The notes: a model not told the origin generated them from the sequence alone. A stretch of DNA of 64,000 nt from Oscillospiraceae bacterium (GCA_016292445.1 JAEDIN010000001.1:19996-83995), one strand, 5' to 3'; shown: positions 8,398-20,911, numbered from the stretch's first letter. Translations and numbers: made by a program.

Positions 8398-9636
8398 ATG
8401 CAGGAAAAGCGTAAACTGAATCTCGCAGCATGGATCATCATCGGCATGCTCGCAGGTATCGCAGTCGGCTTTGTTTTCCTTAAAGTCGGCGGAACTTTCA
8501 CGACCGATTACCTGAAGCCTGTCGGAACAATCTACATCAATCTTTTGAAGTTCATGGTTGTCCCTGTGGTCCTGTTTTCAATCACAAAGGGCGTAATTGC
8601 TCTTGATGACCTCAAAAAAGTTGGCAGTGTCGGTATAAAAACATTTATATACTACATTTGTACAACAGCCTTTGCAGTTGTCGTCGGTCTTGTCGTTGTA
8701 AATTGTTTTAAGGGCTTCTTCCCTGTTCTCGACTCGAGCGTTACCTCCGGTCTTGAATATACCGCAACGGAAGCTCCCAAAATCATGGATGTTATCGTTA
8801 ATATCTTCCCCGATAACCTGTTTAAGCCCATGGTAGAAACTAATATGCTTCCGGTTATTGTTATCGCAATATTCTTCGGAGCAGGTATTCTCGCTTCCGG
8901 TGAAAAGGGTCGAATGGCATCGAATCTCGTTGACAGCCTTGAAGATGTAGTCATGAAAGTCCTCATGATGATAATCAAGCTCACTCCGATCGGTGTCTTC
9001 TGCCTTATGGCTGATGTTGTTGCCGTTAACGGTGCAAAGATTGTCGGTTCTCTGGCAATTGTTGTCGGCGTTGCCTATATTGCATACATTCTTCATATGG
9101 TAATTGTATACAGCTGCAGCGTTAAGTTCCTTTCCGGCATGAGCCCTATCAAGTTCTTTAAGGGTATTGCTGCCGCAATGCTTACCGCATTTACCACTAC
9201 TTCTTCCAACGCAACTCTGCCTATCAACATCGAGTGCTGCAACGACATGGGTGCTGAACCTGAGATCAGCTCTTTCGTTCTCCCCCTCGGCGCAACAATC
9301 AACATGGATGGTACCGCAATCTATCAGGCAGTCGCGGCCGTGTTTATCGCATGCTGCTACGGTGTAGATCTTACCATAGGTCAAATGACGATGATCGTTG
9401 TTACGGCAACCCTTGCATCTATCGGTACTGCCGGTGTTTCCGGTGCAGGAATGATCATGCTTTCAATGGTTCTCATCCAGGTTGGTCTTCCTGTTGAAGG
9501 TATTGCCCTTATCGCCGGTGTAGATAAGCTGTTCGACATGGGTCGTACCACTCTTAACATAACCGGTGACGCAACCTGCGCAATGTGGCTTTCCAAGGTT
9601 GAGCGCAATAATAAGGAAAAGCTCGCAGCAAAATAA
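8398..9636 (+). CDS. Dicarboxylate/amino acid:cation symporter (DAACS/GltP family)
   Basis: 412-aa polytopic protein with the family signatures TTSSNATLP and INMDGTAIYQ. Confidence 0.9.
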   Translation: MQEKRKLNLAAWIIIGMLAGIAVGFVFLKVGGTFTTDYLKPVGTIYINLLKFMVVPVVLFSITKGVIALDDLKKVGSVGIKTFIYYICTTAFAVVVGLVVVNCFKGFFPVLDSSVTSGLEYTATEAPKIMDVIVNIFPDNLFKPMVETNMLPVIVIAIFFGAGILASGEKGRMASNLVDSLEDVVMKVLMMIIKLTPIGVFCLMADVVAVNGAKIVGSLAIVVGVAYIAYILHMVIVYSCSVKFLSGMSPIKFFKGIAAAMLTAFTTTSSNATLPINIECCNDMGAEPEISSFVLPLGATINMDGTAIYQAVAAVFIACCYGVDLTIGQMTMIVVTATLASIGTAGVSGAGMIMLSMVLIQVGLPVEGIALIAGVDKLFDMGRTTLNITGDATCAMWLSKVERNNKEKLAAK

Positions 9637-9650
9637 AAATATGTAATGAA

Positions 9651-9686
9651 AAATAGTTCCTCAAAAAATGAGGAACTATTTTTTTA
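9651..9686. terminator. Bidirectional rho-independent terminator
   Basis: 13-bp stem AAATAGTTCCTCA / TGAGGAACTATTT with an AAAAA loop and a T-run, between convergent genes. Confidence 0.8.
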
Positions 9687-10277
9687 ATCAAATGCAGGGT
9701 TCGTTGCATAGAAGTTCTTTTTATCGAGTTTTTCAAGGGTGTTTCTCAAGCCCTCGCCGAAACGCTGATAATGGACCACTTCCCGTTCTCTTAAGAATTT
9801 TATTACATCGTTCACATCAGGGTCATCGGACAATCTCAATATATTGTCATAGGTTGAGCGCGCCTTTTGCTCTGCCGCCATGTTTTCGTGCAAATCAGTT
9901 ATTACATCGCCCTTAACCTGCATAGTTGCGGCGGTCCACGGTGTTCCGGACGCGAACTGCGGATACACTCCTGCAGTATGATCTACAAAATAGGCGTCAA
10001 AGCCCGCTTTTTTAATCTCCTCCGGTGTCATTTTTCTCGTAAGCTGGTGGACTATCGCACCTACCATCTCAAGATGACCGAGTTCTTCCGTTCCTATATC
10101 GGTCAGCAAGCCCTTCAGTTCCGGATACGGCATACTGTACCGCTGGCTTAAATACCTAAGTGACGCTCCGAGCTCGCCATCCGGACCGCCGTACTGGGAA
10201 ATAATGAATTTTGCAAGTGCCGGGTTCGGATTTTTTATTTTTACGGGATATTGCAGTTTCTTTTCATATACAAACAT
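9684..10277 (-). CDS. cotJC: Spore coat protein CotJC (manganese-catalase/ferritin-like)
   Basis: MFVYEKKLQYPVKI..., SLRYLSQRY and EELGHLEMV match the CotJC / Mn-catalase family. It lies directly downstream of the cotJA/JB homologue. Confidence 0.9.
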   Translation of the reverse strand: MFVYEKKLQYPVKIKNPNPALAKFIISQYGGPDGELGASLRYLSQRYSMPYPELKGLLTDIGTEELGHLEMVGAIVHQLTRKMTPEEIKKAGFDAYFVDHTAGVYPQFASGTPWTAATMQVKGDVITDLHENMAAEQKARSTYDNILRLSDDPDVNDVIKFLREREVVHYQRFGEGLRNTLEKLDKKNFYATNPAFD

Positions 10278-10280
10278 CTA

Positions 10281-10718
10281 TCAGCCCTCCATTTTTGCGT
10301 TATAATCCCACGGCCACGGATTCTTAAGCCAAGTAAAGCTTTGCGCCTTGGCAAGATCCTTTTTTGTTATCGGACCATACAGTTTTGTATAACGCTCACG
10401 GGCTGTGCTTGCAAGCTCAAGTATATTTTTTAGCATATCAAAGGCTTCTGTATCCTCGCAATGCGTGTCAAGGTACAAAACCAATTCATGAGCTACGAAA
10501 TCGAGTGCCATGAGTTCACCGAGGGGTGTGCCTGTAAGGTCGCCGGTGTTGACCATGTTCATAAACGGCAGGTCAAGCCCTGGGAACAGCGTACCTCTTG
10601 ACAGTGCCTCGGCTGTATTATATATCGGCTTAACGCATTCCTGCATCGGCACATAAGCCATTGCCAAAGGTGCGCAGGACGGTAAAGAGCCGCTCTTGTA
10701 ATTGCAATTGTTTTCCAC
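10281..10718 (-). CDS. Fused CotJA-CotJB spore coat-associated protein
   Basis: The N-terminal half, PLAMAYVPMQ...ALSRGTLFPGLDLPF, is the CotJA signature. The C-terminal half, ELVLYLDTH..D..A......YTKLYGPIT...W...PWPW, is the CotJB signature. GTG start 9 nt after an AGGAGG. Confidence 0.8.
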   Translation of the reverse strand: MENNCNYKSGSLPSCAPLAMAYVPMQECVKPIYNTAEALSRGTLFPGLDLPFMNMVNTGDLTGTPLGELMALDFVAHELVLYLDTHCEDTEAFDMLKNILELASTARERYTKLYGPITKKDLAKAQSFTWLKNPWPWDYNAKMEG

Positions 10719-10768
10719 TTATCATATCCTCCTTTGTAATTCATTATATGATGAAGGACATAATAAGT

Positions 10769-10793
10769 GAAAGCCCACTGTCTGTGGGCTTTC
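10769..10793 (-). terminator. Terminator after ligA
   Basis: 10-bp stem GAAAGCCCAC / GTGGGCTTTC with a 5-nt loop. The U-tract is poor. Confidence 0.5.
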
Positions 10794-10795
10794 TG

Positions 10796-13437
<2,642 letters not shown>

Positions 13438-13467
13438 GAGACCACCCTATGTATTATATGCTCAAAA

Positions 13468-14718
13468 TTACCCCAGCATTTCATTAACCGCCATCATTAC
13501 TCCGAGCTTTCCGGATTCGTATGTTATGCCGCCCTGCATATATGCAATATACGGCTCCTTCATAGGTCCGTCAGCAGAAAGCTCGATCGATGAGCCCTGA
13601 ACAAATGCGCCTGCCGCCATTATTACCGGACAATTGTATCCGGGCATCTGCCAAGGCACAGGTGTAACGAAAGAGTCTACCGGAGCACCACTCTGAATAC
13701 CTTTGCAGAATTTTTTCATATTGTCTGCGGTTTTGAGCGTGATCATCTGTATAATGTCACCTCTCTCGTCATCGGGAGCGGGAGAAGTCTCAAAGCCTAT
13801 CTTCTGCATCATTGCGGCGCAGAAGGTGGCGGTCTTTAATGCCTGTGCAACTATGTGCGGTGCCATAAAGAAGCCTTGGAACAGCAGTCTGTTGTTGCCG
13901 AGGGTCGCACCGCATTCTCCGCCTATGCCGGGAGTAGTCAGACGCATTGCGGCTTTATCAACAAGCTCGGACTTACCGACAACATATCCGCCTGTCGGCG
14001 CAATACCACCGCCGGGGTTTTTGATTAAAGAGCCTGCCATAAGGTCAACACCGTATTCCGTCGGCTCATGCTCCCCGGTAAACTCGCCGTAGCAATTGTC
14101 CACCATGACATTTATACTCGGGTCAACCTCTTTTACGGCACTGCATATCTCGCCTATCTCCTCTGCCGACAGCGCACGCCTGTCACCGTATCCACGGGAG
14201 CGTTGAATTAGCACGGCTCTGACGCTTTTATCCTCTGCCGCTTTCTTGATTGCTTCAATATCAGGGTCGCCGTTTGTTTTTAAGTCAACCTGCGCGTAGT
14301 TTATTCCGTAAAACTTTAACGAACCGTGGCAATCACCCTCAATGCCGATAGCATTTCTCAAGGTGTCATAAGGAAGACCGGTTGCTGACAGCAAGGTGTC
14401 ACCCGGCTTAAGCATAGCGAATAACGCCGTTGAAAGTGCATGAGTGCCGTTTACAAAGCCTATACGAACAAGTGCAGCATCGGTGCAGAAAACCTGTGCA
14501 TAAACCTTGTCGAGCACTTCCCTGCCGACATCATCATAACCGTAGCCGCTTGTTCCGGCAAAGCAAGCGTCGGAGACCTTATTATCCTGAAATGCCTGCA
14601 TTACCTTAATCGTATTGGCCTGCGCAATCTTGTCAATTTTCTCAAACTGCGGCATTATCTCTTTTTCTGCCTGACTTGCAAGCTCAAAAATCTGCGGCTT
14701 CATTTCACTAATTTTCAT
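13468..14718 (-). CDS. Methionine gamma-lyase-family PLP enzyme (YnbB / 'aluminium resistance protein' family)
   Basis: SGYGYDD.GR..L..VYA.VF...AALVR....GTHAL pattern; 416 aa. Confidence 0.8.
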   Translation of the reverse strand: MKISEMKPQIFELASQAEKEIMPQFEKIDKIAQANTIKVMQAFQDNKVSDACFAGTSGYGYDDVGREVLDKVYAQVFCTDAALVRIGFVNGTHALSTALFAMLKPGDTLLSATGLPYDTLRNAIGIEGDCHGSLKFYGINYAQVDLKTNGDPDIEAIKKAAEDKSVRAVLIQRSRGYGDRRALSAEEIGEICSAVKEVDPSINVMVDNCYGEFTGEHEPTEYGVDLMAGSLIKNPGGGIAPTGGYVVGKSELVDKAAMRLTTPGIGGECGATLGNNRLLFQGFFMAPHIVAQALKTATFCAAMMQKIGFETSPAPDDERGDIIQMITLKTADNMKKFCKGIQSGAPVDSFVTPVPWQMPGYNCPVIMAAGAFVQGSSIELSADGPMKEPYIAYMQGGITYESGKLGVMMAVNEMLG

Positions 14719-14719
14719 A

Positions 14720-16096
14720 TTATTGCTCCATTACGATTTGCTTAAAGTATTTACCGCGTTCCATAAAGTTTTTAAACTTGTCAAACGCTGCACAAGCCGG
14801 TGACAAGAGAACTATATCGCCGTCCTTTGCATAATCGGCAGCGGCTAATACCGTTTCCTTAAAGTCGTCAATTATAAAAATTTTGAAGTCCTCGGTATAG
14901 TACCGCGAAGCCTTAACCGCATAAGCAATCTTTTCCGACGTTGCGCCTGTTAAAAACAGTGCCTTGGTGTACTGACATATCTCATCACCCAGCGAATCAA
15001 ACGGAATATGCTTATCGTAACCGCCGGCAATGAGGATAGGTTTCGTTTTTAGCGCATGGAGACCTGCCGCCGTGCGGCTGGGGCTTGTGCCTATGGAGTC
15101 GTTTATAAATGTAACACCGTCCTTTATACGCACCTGCTCCAAGCGGTGCTCAACACCGCTGAATTCCTTTGCTACTTTGACGCAGACATCATCTGTCACA
15201 TATCCGTCAGATGCAGCAAAAGCAGCCATGTAATTCTCAAGATTATGTGTGCCGGGAAGCTTTATTTCATCGGCGGACATAAGCTTCTCTCGTTTCCTGT
15301 CATGCACCCGGTATACTACTCCGTTTTCGCAGTATACGCCGTTTTCCGGCTTGGTTACGCTGCTGAAATACAAAAGCTTCGATTTTGCCTTGCCTGCATA
15401 ATAGGATGAGTACTCGTTTTCACTGTTCAGAACAAGTCTGTCGCCGCTGTCTTGTTGGGCAAAAATTGCACTCTTTGCATCGATATAGTCTTGATAATCC
15501 TTGTGTTTATCAAGATGATTGGGAGAAATATTTGTAATTACAGCGACATTTGGTTTGCATTCCATGCTGTGAAGCTGGAAAGAGCTGAGCTCCAGTACCG
15601 CAAAATCCGAGGGCAACATTTCGTCAACCTCACAGAGCAAGGGGTGACCGATATTACCGCCGAGATGCACCGTAAATCCCTGGGCTTTGAGCAGCTCGGA
15701 TATTATCGTTGTCGTGGTTGTCTTGCCGTCGCTGCCTGTGACTGCGATTATCCTGCACGGGCAAAGCTTAAAGAACACTTCCATCTCAGAGGTCACAACC
15801 GCACCGTTTGCCGCAGCATTGGTCAAATGCTCGTCAAAGGGCATTAGTCCCGGGGTTCGAAAAACTATATCATAATCAAGGTTATCGAGATAGCTTTCAC
15901 CGAGGGAGAATTTTGCGCCGAGTGAAAGCAGTCTTGTGAAATCCTCGCCAAGTTCTGCCGCGCTGCGCTTATCGCAGACCGTTACATCGCAGCCTTCCGA
16001 AAGCAGTTTATCTATAAGGGGTTTATTGCTTACGCCTATGCCTATAACGCATATACGCTTATCTTTAACAGAGCTTATATATTCATTCAATGTCAT
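14720..16096 (-). CDS. murD: UDP-N-acetylmuramoyl-L-alanine--D-glutamate ligase MurD
   Basis: N-terminal Rossmann VIGIGVSN and Mur ligase P-loop VTGSDGKTTTT. ATG 16096 is preceded by GGAGGG; the tracked start at 16111 is a TTG inside that RBS. Confidence 0.9.
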   Translation of the reverse strand: MTLNEYISSVKDKRICVIGIGVSNKPLIDKLLSEGCDVTVCDKRSAAELGEDFTRLLSLGAKFSLGESYLDNLDYDIVFRTPGLMPFDEHLTNAAANGAVVTSEMEVFFKLCPCRIIAVTGSDGKTTTTTIISELLKAQGFTVHLGGNIGHPLLCEVDEMLPSDFAVLELSSFQLHSMECKPNVAVITNISPNHLDKHKDYQDYIDAKSAIFAQQDSGDRLVLNSENEYSSYYAGKAKSKLLYFSSVTKPENGVYCENGVVYRVHDRKREKLMSADEIKLPGTHNLENYMAAFAASDGYVTDDVCVKVAKEFSGVEHRLEQVRIKDGVTFINDSIGTSPSRTAAGLHALKTKPILIAGGYDKHIPFDSLGDEICQYTKALFLTGATSEKIAYAVKASRYYTEDFKIFIIDDFKETVLAAADYAKDGDIVLLSPACAAFDKFKNFMERGKYFKQIVMEQ

Positions 16097-16159
16097 GATA
16101 TGACCCTCCAAATCTTTATTATTATAAAGCTATTGCAGTATAAAAACAAGAAATTTCTA

Positions 16160-16188
16160 TTGACTTGGGGTGCATTCGTGGTTAAAAT
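16160..16188 (+). promoter_or_regulatory. Sigma-A promoter of rnpB
   Basis: TTGACT (16160-16165), 17 nt, TAAAAT (16183-16188). Confidence 0.7.
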
Positions 16189-16194
16189 ATCGTC

Positions 16195-16540
16195 TTGAGT
16201 GGGCCGAACGACCGCGGGCACATTTCGAAAGAAAGTGCATGAGGAAAGTCCGGGCTCCATAGGGCAAGGATAACGGGTAACGCCCGCCAGGGGTGACCCT
16301 CGGACAAGTGCAACAGAAATATACCGCCGAGCTCTCTCGGTAAGGGTGGAAAAGTGAGGTAAGAGCTCACTCGCCGGTCGGAGACGATGCGGTGCTGTAA
16401 ACTCTATCCGGAGCAACACCGTGGGAGGACATAAGATTGGCCCGATCGTCCTCAGGAGGTGGCTTAAGCCTGTCGGCAACGGCGGGATTAGATAGATGGT
16501 CGTTTAAGACAGAACCCGGCTTATAGACCCACTCACCAAA
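16195..16540 (+). ncRNA. rnpB: RNase P RNA, bacterial type A
   Basis: Universal blocks GAGGAAAGTCCGGGCTCCATAGGGCA, GGTAACGCC, AGTGCAACAGAAA and ACAGAACCCGGCTTA. P1 pairing is TGAGTGGG (5') with CCCACTCA (3'). Ends are accurate to about 10 nt. ORFs 16093-16606 on the minus strand are artefacts of this RNA. Confidence 0.93.
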
Positions 16541-16542
16541 AG

Positions 16543-16566
16543 AAAAACCGCCTATGGCGGTTTTTT
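16543..16566. terminator. Bidirectional terminator shared by rnpB and pepD
   Basis: AAAAACCGCC-TAT-GGCGGTTTTTT. Confidence 0.8.
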
Positions 16567-16569
16567 GCT

Positions 16570-18015
16570 TTATAGGCGGCGAAGCAGTTCTATCAGGAAC
16601 TCCCATACGCGCTGCGTTGAGGCTATATCCAGCTTTTCACTCGTTGTATGTATATCAGGTATATTAGGTCCGAACGAAATGCAGTCAAGCTCATCAATTT
16701 TGTCGGCAAATAGGCCGCACTCAAGGCCTGCGTGTATAACGCAAAGCTCGGGCTTAGCTCCGTAAAGGCGCTCATAGACCATCACAGCTTTATCTCTCAG
16801 AGCCGAATTCTTCTTATACTCCCATGCCGGATATTCACCGTCAAAGCGGAGTTTTCCGTCACTCATCTTGACAATTTTCAGCAGTTTGTTGCGTATATTG
16901 AGCATTTCTGCGGCCGCTGAGCTTCTGAGGCAAAAGCTTAGTGAAACGGTATTATTCCGAGTCTTTACTACTCCGAGATTGAGCGAAGATTCCACAAGCC
17001 CCTCGATATCGCCGCTCATGGTCTGCACGCCGTTTGGAACAACGGATAATGCGGAAATGATTTTGTCGGTCATCTCTTCATCGGATGCAAAGACGCACCG
17101 ATTTCCAAGCTCGTTCACTCTTATTGACAGCTCCGGATCAGTTGTCTTGTACTGCTCCAGTGAACGCTTAAAGAAGCCATCAACCACCGACAAAACAGTT
17201 TCAAAGTCAGACTCCGATATGGCAATTACGGCACGGGTACTATTTGCAATTGCATTGTCCTTCTCGCCGCCGTCTATCGATACCAGTCTAAACACTGCTG
17301 AACCGTTTATATCCGCAAGCAGCTTTAACATAAGGATATTGGAATTTGCCCTGTTTTTATGTATCTCGTTTCCTGAGTGACCTCCTGTAAGACCGCCTAT
17401 TTGCAGCTCAACGCAGAAACGCTCGGTTTTCTGCGCGTCAAGAGTATATTCGGCAAGTGCGTGCATACCCCCTGCACATCCGCAGGTTATTACTCCTTCT
17501 GCTTCAGAGTCGATATTTAGCATCGTTTTGCCGTGAAGAAACGAAGCGTCAAGGAATTGTGCTCCGTCCATGCCGGTCTCCTCGTTTATTGTGAAAACAA
17601 CTTCAACAGGAGGATGCTCTATGCTGTCGGAATCAAGAACCGCCATCGCCATCGCAACAGCTATGCCATCATCGGCACCTAGACTCGTTCCCTCTGCCCA
17701 TATGTATTTGCCGTCTGTTTTAAGCTTCAGTCCCTCATTTTCAAGGTCAATTCCACAGTCCGGTGTTTTGACCGCAACCATATCCATATGCCCCTGAATT
17801 ATTACCGTATCATGCGCTTCATAGCCACATGAGGCTTCTTTGTATATAATAACATTGCCGAGCTCATCACAGTAGTGCTTAAGACCTCTCTGCTTTGCAA
17901 ACTTGCAGCATAGATTACTTATCTGCGTAGTATTATTCGATCCGTGAGGAACGGAAGATATCATTTCAAAATATTCAAAAACCTTTTTCGGTTCTAAACC
18001 ATTAAGTGCTGACAT
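16570..18015 (-). CDS. pepD: Aminoacyl-histidine dipeptidase PepD (M20 family)
   Basis: 481 aa; FE.IS..PHGS, QGHMDMV and GADDGIAVA are M20/PepD motifs. Confidence 0.9.
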   Translation of the reverse strand: MSALNGLEPKKVFEYFEMISSVPHGSNNTTQISNLCCKFAKQRGLKHYCDELGNVIIYKEASCGYEAHDTVIIQGHMDMVAVKTPDCGIDLENEGLKLKTDGKYIWAEGTSLGADDGIAVAMAMAVLDSDSIEHPPVEVVFTINEETGMDGAQFLDASFLHGKTMLNIDSEAEGVITCGCAGGMHALAEYTLDAQKTERFCVELQIGGLTGGHSGNEIHKNRANSNILMLKLLADINGSAVFRLVSIDGGEKDNAIANSTRAVIAISESDFETVLSVVDGFFKRSLEQYKTTDPELSIRVNELGNRCVFASDEEMTDKIISALSVVPNGVQTMSGDIEGLVESSLNLGVVKTRNNTVSLSFCLRSSAAAEMLNIRNKLLKIVKMSDGKLRFDGEYPAWEYKKNSALRDKAVMVYERLYGAKPELCVIHAGLECGLFADKIDELDCISFGPNIPDIHTTSEKLDIASTQRVWEFLIELLRRL

Positions 18016-18018
18016 TGC

Positions 18019-18351
18019 TCACTCCCACTTAGACCATACATCGGGCATATAACCCACAGTAGCCTGTTTTCCGTTTCTGACAATTGGCGTTTTGATAAGC
18101 CACGGACACTCAAAAAGCTTATCAAGCTTTGCCTCACAAGAAGCAAGATACTGTATCATGGGGTAATCGACATCCGATGTGTTTATCATTGCTTCAAGCC
18201 CTACGGCGTTTTTAACGGAGTTTAGCTCCCCTCTGCTCATGCCGTATCTATTAATATCAACAAACTGGTACTTAATGCGTCTTTCTTTAAAATAGCGTTC
18301 GGCTTTCCTGGTGTCAAAGCACTTGCTTTTACCAAAAATTTGTATATTCAC
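18019..18351 (-). CDS. ArsC/Spx/YffB-family thioredoxin-fold protein
   Basis: IQIFGKSKCFDTRKAERYF...DI matches the ArsC-family N-terminus with a single Cys and no CXXC. GTG 18351 overlaps the upstream stop (GTGA) and follows a GGGGAGA. The tracked ATG 18387 would overlap the dipeptidase gene by 40 nt. Confidence 0.7.
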   Translation of the reverse strand: MNIQIFGKSKCFDTRKAERYFKERRIKYQFVDINRYGMSRGELNSVKNAVGLEAMINTSDVDYPMIQYLASCEAKLDKLFECPWLIKTPIVRNGKQATVGYMPDVWSKWE

Positions 18352-19256
18352 AGCATTCTCCCCATTATCTCGTAAAGATTGTTCCAAAAAATGTCCTTGA
18401 CGAGTTCTTCCGAAAAATTAAGCCTTAAAAGCTCGTTATAAAGCTTTTCGAGATCCTGCACTCCGTCGATTCCGTTTGGGGTGCAGTCAATACCATCGAG
18501 GTCACAGCCAAGGAAAAGGGATCTTTCTCCGCCTAAGGACATAAAATGCTCGATATGCGACACAACTGCGGCAATATCCTTGCCTAAGCCCAAAAATTCA
18601 GGATATAGGTTTATTCCGACACCGCCGCCGATCTTAATAAGCTCCCTAAACTGCTCATCGCTTAAGTTTCTCGGGACATCGCAAACTGTTTTGGCGTTGG
18701 AATGACCGGCAATAACAGGCTTTGTGATAATCTCGAGTGTGTCCCAAAAGCCGCTCACTGATATATGCGACATATCCAGGGCAAAACCCATTTTTTGAGC
18801 CTTTTTTACAAATGCCCTACCCTTTTCACTTAAGCCCCTGCCGCTTCCCATAGCCGAACCGCATAGCTCATTATCAAAATTCCATGTTGGATGAAGTATT
18901 CTTACGCCATTCCGATGCGCTTCTTCAAGCGAAGCTATCTGCTCACAGCCCTCAACCGATATAAATGCAGCAATTCTACCGGATTTGACAGTATCCTCTA
19001 AGTCATGAAAATTCAGACATAGCTTAACTATGTCTGAATTTTTCTCTATTTCGCGATTGAGCTTTTCAAGCATCGCTTTTGATTTTTCTTTAGGCTGCGC
19101 AAGTGTTTCAGAGCAGACCGCAAAAATCTGAGCTGACGGAGAAAACTTACCTAATCTGTTAAGGTCAAGGTGAAAGCTGTTGCTGCGCAAGCTTTCGCAA
19201 TCTGTCGCGATCCTTGAAATCGTATCACAATGACAGTCAAAAAGCGGTATTCTCAT
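18348..19256 (-). CDS. Membrane (renal-type) dipeptidase, peptidase family M19
   Basis: The DCHCDT metal-ligand motif at the N-terminus and overall length fit M19. The start overlaps the rnj stop (ATGA). Confidence 0.8.
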   Translation of the reverse strand: MRIPLFDCHCDTISRIATDCESLRSNSFHLDLNRLGKFSPSAQIFAVCSETLAQPKEKSKAMLEKLNREIEKNSDIVKLCLNFHDLEDTVKSGRIAAFISVEGCEQIASLEEAHRNGVRILHPTWNFDNELCGSAMGSGRGLSEKGRAFVKKAQKMGFALDMSHISVSGFWDTLEIITKPVIAGHSNAKTVCDVPRNLSDEQFRELIKIGGGVGINLYPEFLGLGKDIAAVVSHIEHFMSLGGERSLFLGCDLDGIDCTPNGIDGVQDLEKLYNELLRLNFSEELVKDIFWNNLYEIMGRML

Positions 19257-20911
19257 ACTTCGGATATCAGCGGCAGAATCATCGGACTGCGCTTAGTCAC
19301 CTTGTACAGATAGCTTGAAACATTGCTCTTGATGCGGCTTTTTATTGACGCCCAATCCTTAACACCGCTCTCCTCGCAGGTCATTACTGTCTCGCGTGTG
19401 ACTCTCTTAAGCTCTTCGATCATTGATTCTGCTTCCTTTACATAGACAAAGCCTCTTGTGAGTATCTCGGGCTCTGCGAGCATGGCGTTGTCCCAAGAGG
19501 ACAGGGTAACAACTATTACCACCATACCGTCCTCGGCAAGTCTGTGCCTGTCACGCATTACAACGCTGCCGACATCGCCCACGCCCATACCGTCAACCAT
19601 TACTGCGCCGGACTGCACCGCACCGTTGAGCTTAACGCTCTTCTTTGACAGTTCAATCACTTTGCCGTTTTCACCTATGACAATATTTTTAGGCGCAATG
19701 CCCATCAGTTTACCGAGCTCGGCGTGCTTGACGAGCATACGGTACTCGCCGTGAACGGGAATAAAATACTTGGGCTTTACCAGCGCAAGCATCATCTTCT
19801 GTTCTTCTTGCGAAGCATGACCGGATACATGAAGTTCAGTATGACGGTCATAGATGACCTCTGCTCCCTTGTGGAACAGCTCGTCGATTACTTTGCTTAT
19901 CATGTTCTCGTTTCCCGGGATTGCAGATGCGGATATAATGACGCGGTCACCGGCTTCAATATTTATCTGACGGTGTTCTGAAAAAGCCATGCGGTACAGC
20001 GCAGACATAGTCTCGCCCTGACTTCCTGTGGAGATAATTACCACCTTATTCTTGGGAAGCTTGTTGATTTGATTTATATCAACCATTGTATCTTCCGGTA
20101 TATTCAGATAGCCCAGCACACTTGCAACACGCAGAATATTCTCCATGCTGCGGCCGGTTATGCCGACCTTGCGCTTATATTTTGCGGCCACATCGATGAT
20201 TTGCTGAAGCCTGTGAACATTTGAAGCAAAGGTAGTGATAATGATACGCTGGTCACAGTTTTTGAACAACATATCAAATGTTTCGCCGACCTTGCGTTCA
20301 GAGGCTGAGTGGCCGGGCTTTTCTACATTAGTCGAGTCGCTCAGAAGTGCAAGCACGCCCTCGTTTCCAAGCTGACCGAGACGAGGCAGGTCGATCATAT
20401 TACCCTGTACAGGTGTAACATCGATCTTGAAGTCGCCGGTATGAATTATCGTGCCAAGCGGCGTTTTGATTGCAAGGGCAACCGCATCAGCAATACTGTG
20501 ATTAACATTGATAAATTCAATACTAAAGCATCCGAGTCTGAACACATCTCCTGCCCTCTTGGTAAAAATCTGTGTATTATAAAGCAGATCGTGTTCCTCA
20601 AGCTTTAGTTCAACAAGCGCTGCGGTGAGCGGCGTTGCGTAAATTGGTACATCAAGCTCACTCATCACATACGGAATTGCGCCGATATGGTCCTCGTGGC
20701 CGTGAGTAAGGATAATACCTTTTATCCTATCGGCATTGGCTTTAAGATAAGATATATCCGGAATAACAATATCAATTCCGTACATCTGCTCGTCGGGAAA
20801 ACCAAGACCGCAGTCAACAACAATAATATCGGTACCGCATTCAAAGGCGGTCATATTTTTTCCTATTTCACCGAGACCACCGAGCGGGATTATTTTTATT
20901 TTAGGTGTCAT
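19253..20911 (-). CDS. rnj: Ribonuclease J
   Basis: Metallo-beta-lactamase HGHEDHIG, beta-CASP and a C-terminal domain. Start placed at ATG 20911 (MTPKIKIIPLGGLGEIGKN), 5 nt after a GGAGG. Confidence 0.93.
   Translation of the reverse strand: MTPKIKIIPLGGLGEIGKNMTAFECGTDIIVVDCGLGFPDEQMYGIDIVIPDISYLKANADRIKGIILTHGHEDHIGAIPYVMSELDVPIYATPLTAALVELKLEEHDLLYNTQIFTKRAGDVFRLGCFSIEFINVNHSIADAVALAIKTPLGTIIHTGDFKIDVTPVQGNMIDLPRLGQLGNEGVLALLSDSTNVEKPGHSASERKVGETFDMLFKNCDQRIIITTFASNVHRLQQIIDVAAKYKRKVGITGRSMENILRVASVLGYLNIPEDTMVDINQINKLPKNKVVIISTGSQGETMSALYRMAFSEHRQINIEAGDRVIISASAIPGNENMISKVIDELFHKGAEVIYDRHTELHVSGHASQEEQKMMLALVKPKYFIPVHGEYRMLVKHAELGKLMGIAPKNIVIGENGKVIELSKKSVKLNGAVQSGAVMVDGMGVGDVGSVVMRDRHRLAEDGMVVIVVTLSSWDNAMLAEPEILTRGFVYVKEAESMIEELKRVTRETVMTCEESGVKDWASIKSRIKSNVSSYLYKVTKRSPMILPLISEV

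Noticed and set aside
8578-9384. Long antisense ORFs: 268 aa here, plus 7108-7665, 26663-27208, 46922-47494, 59658-60266 and 61761-62324.
   Set aside because: Each lies opposite a gene with an unmistakable full-length family signature (DAACS transporter, pfp, argR, mreB/comFC, rsgA, radC). Their products are low-complexity or Cys/Arg/Ser-rich, and none has an RBS or known motif. They are typical shadow ORFs.
16093-16606. Three minus-strand ORFs (128, 62 and 79 aa) between murD and pepD.
   Set aside because: The region is fully explained by a plus-strand type A RNase P RNA with its own promoter and terminator.
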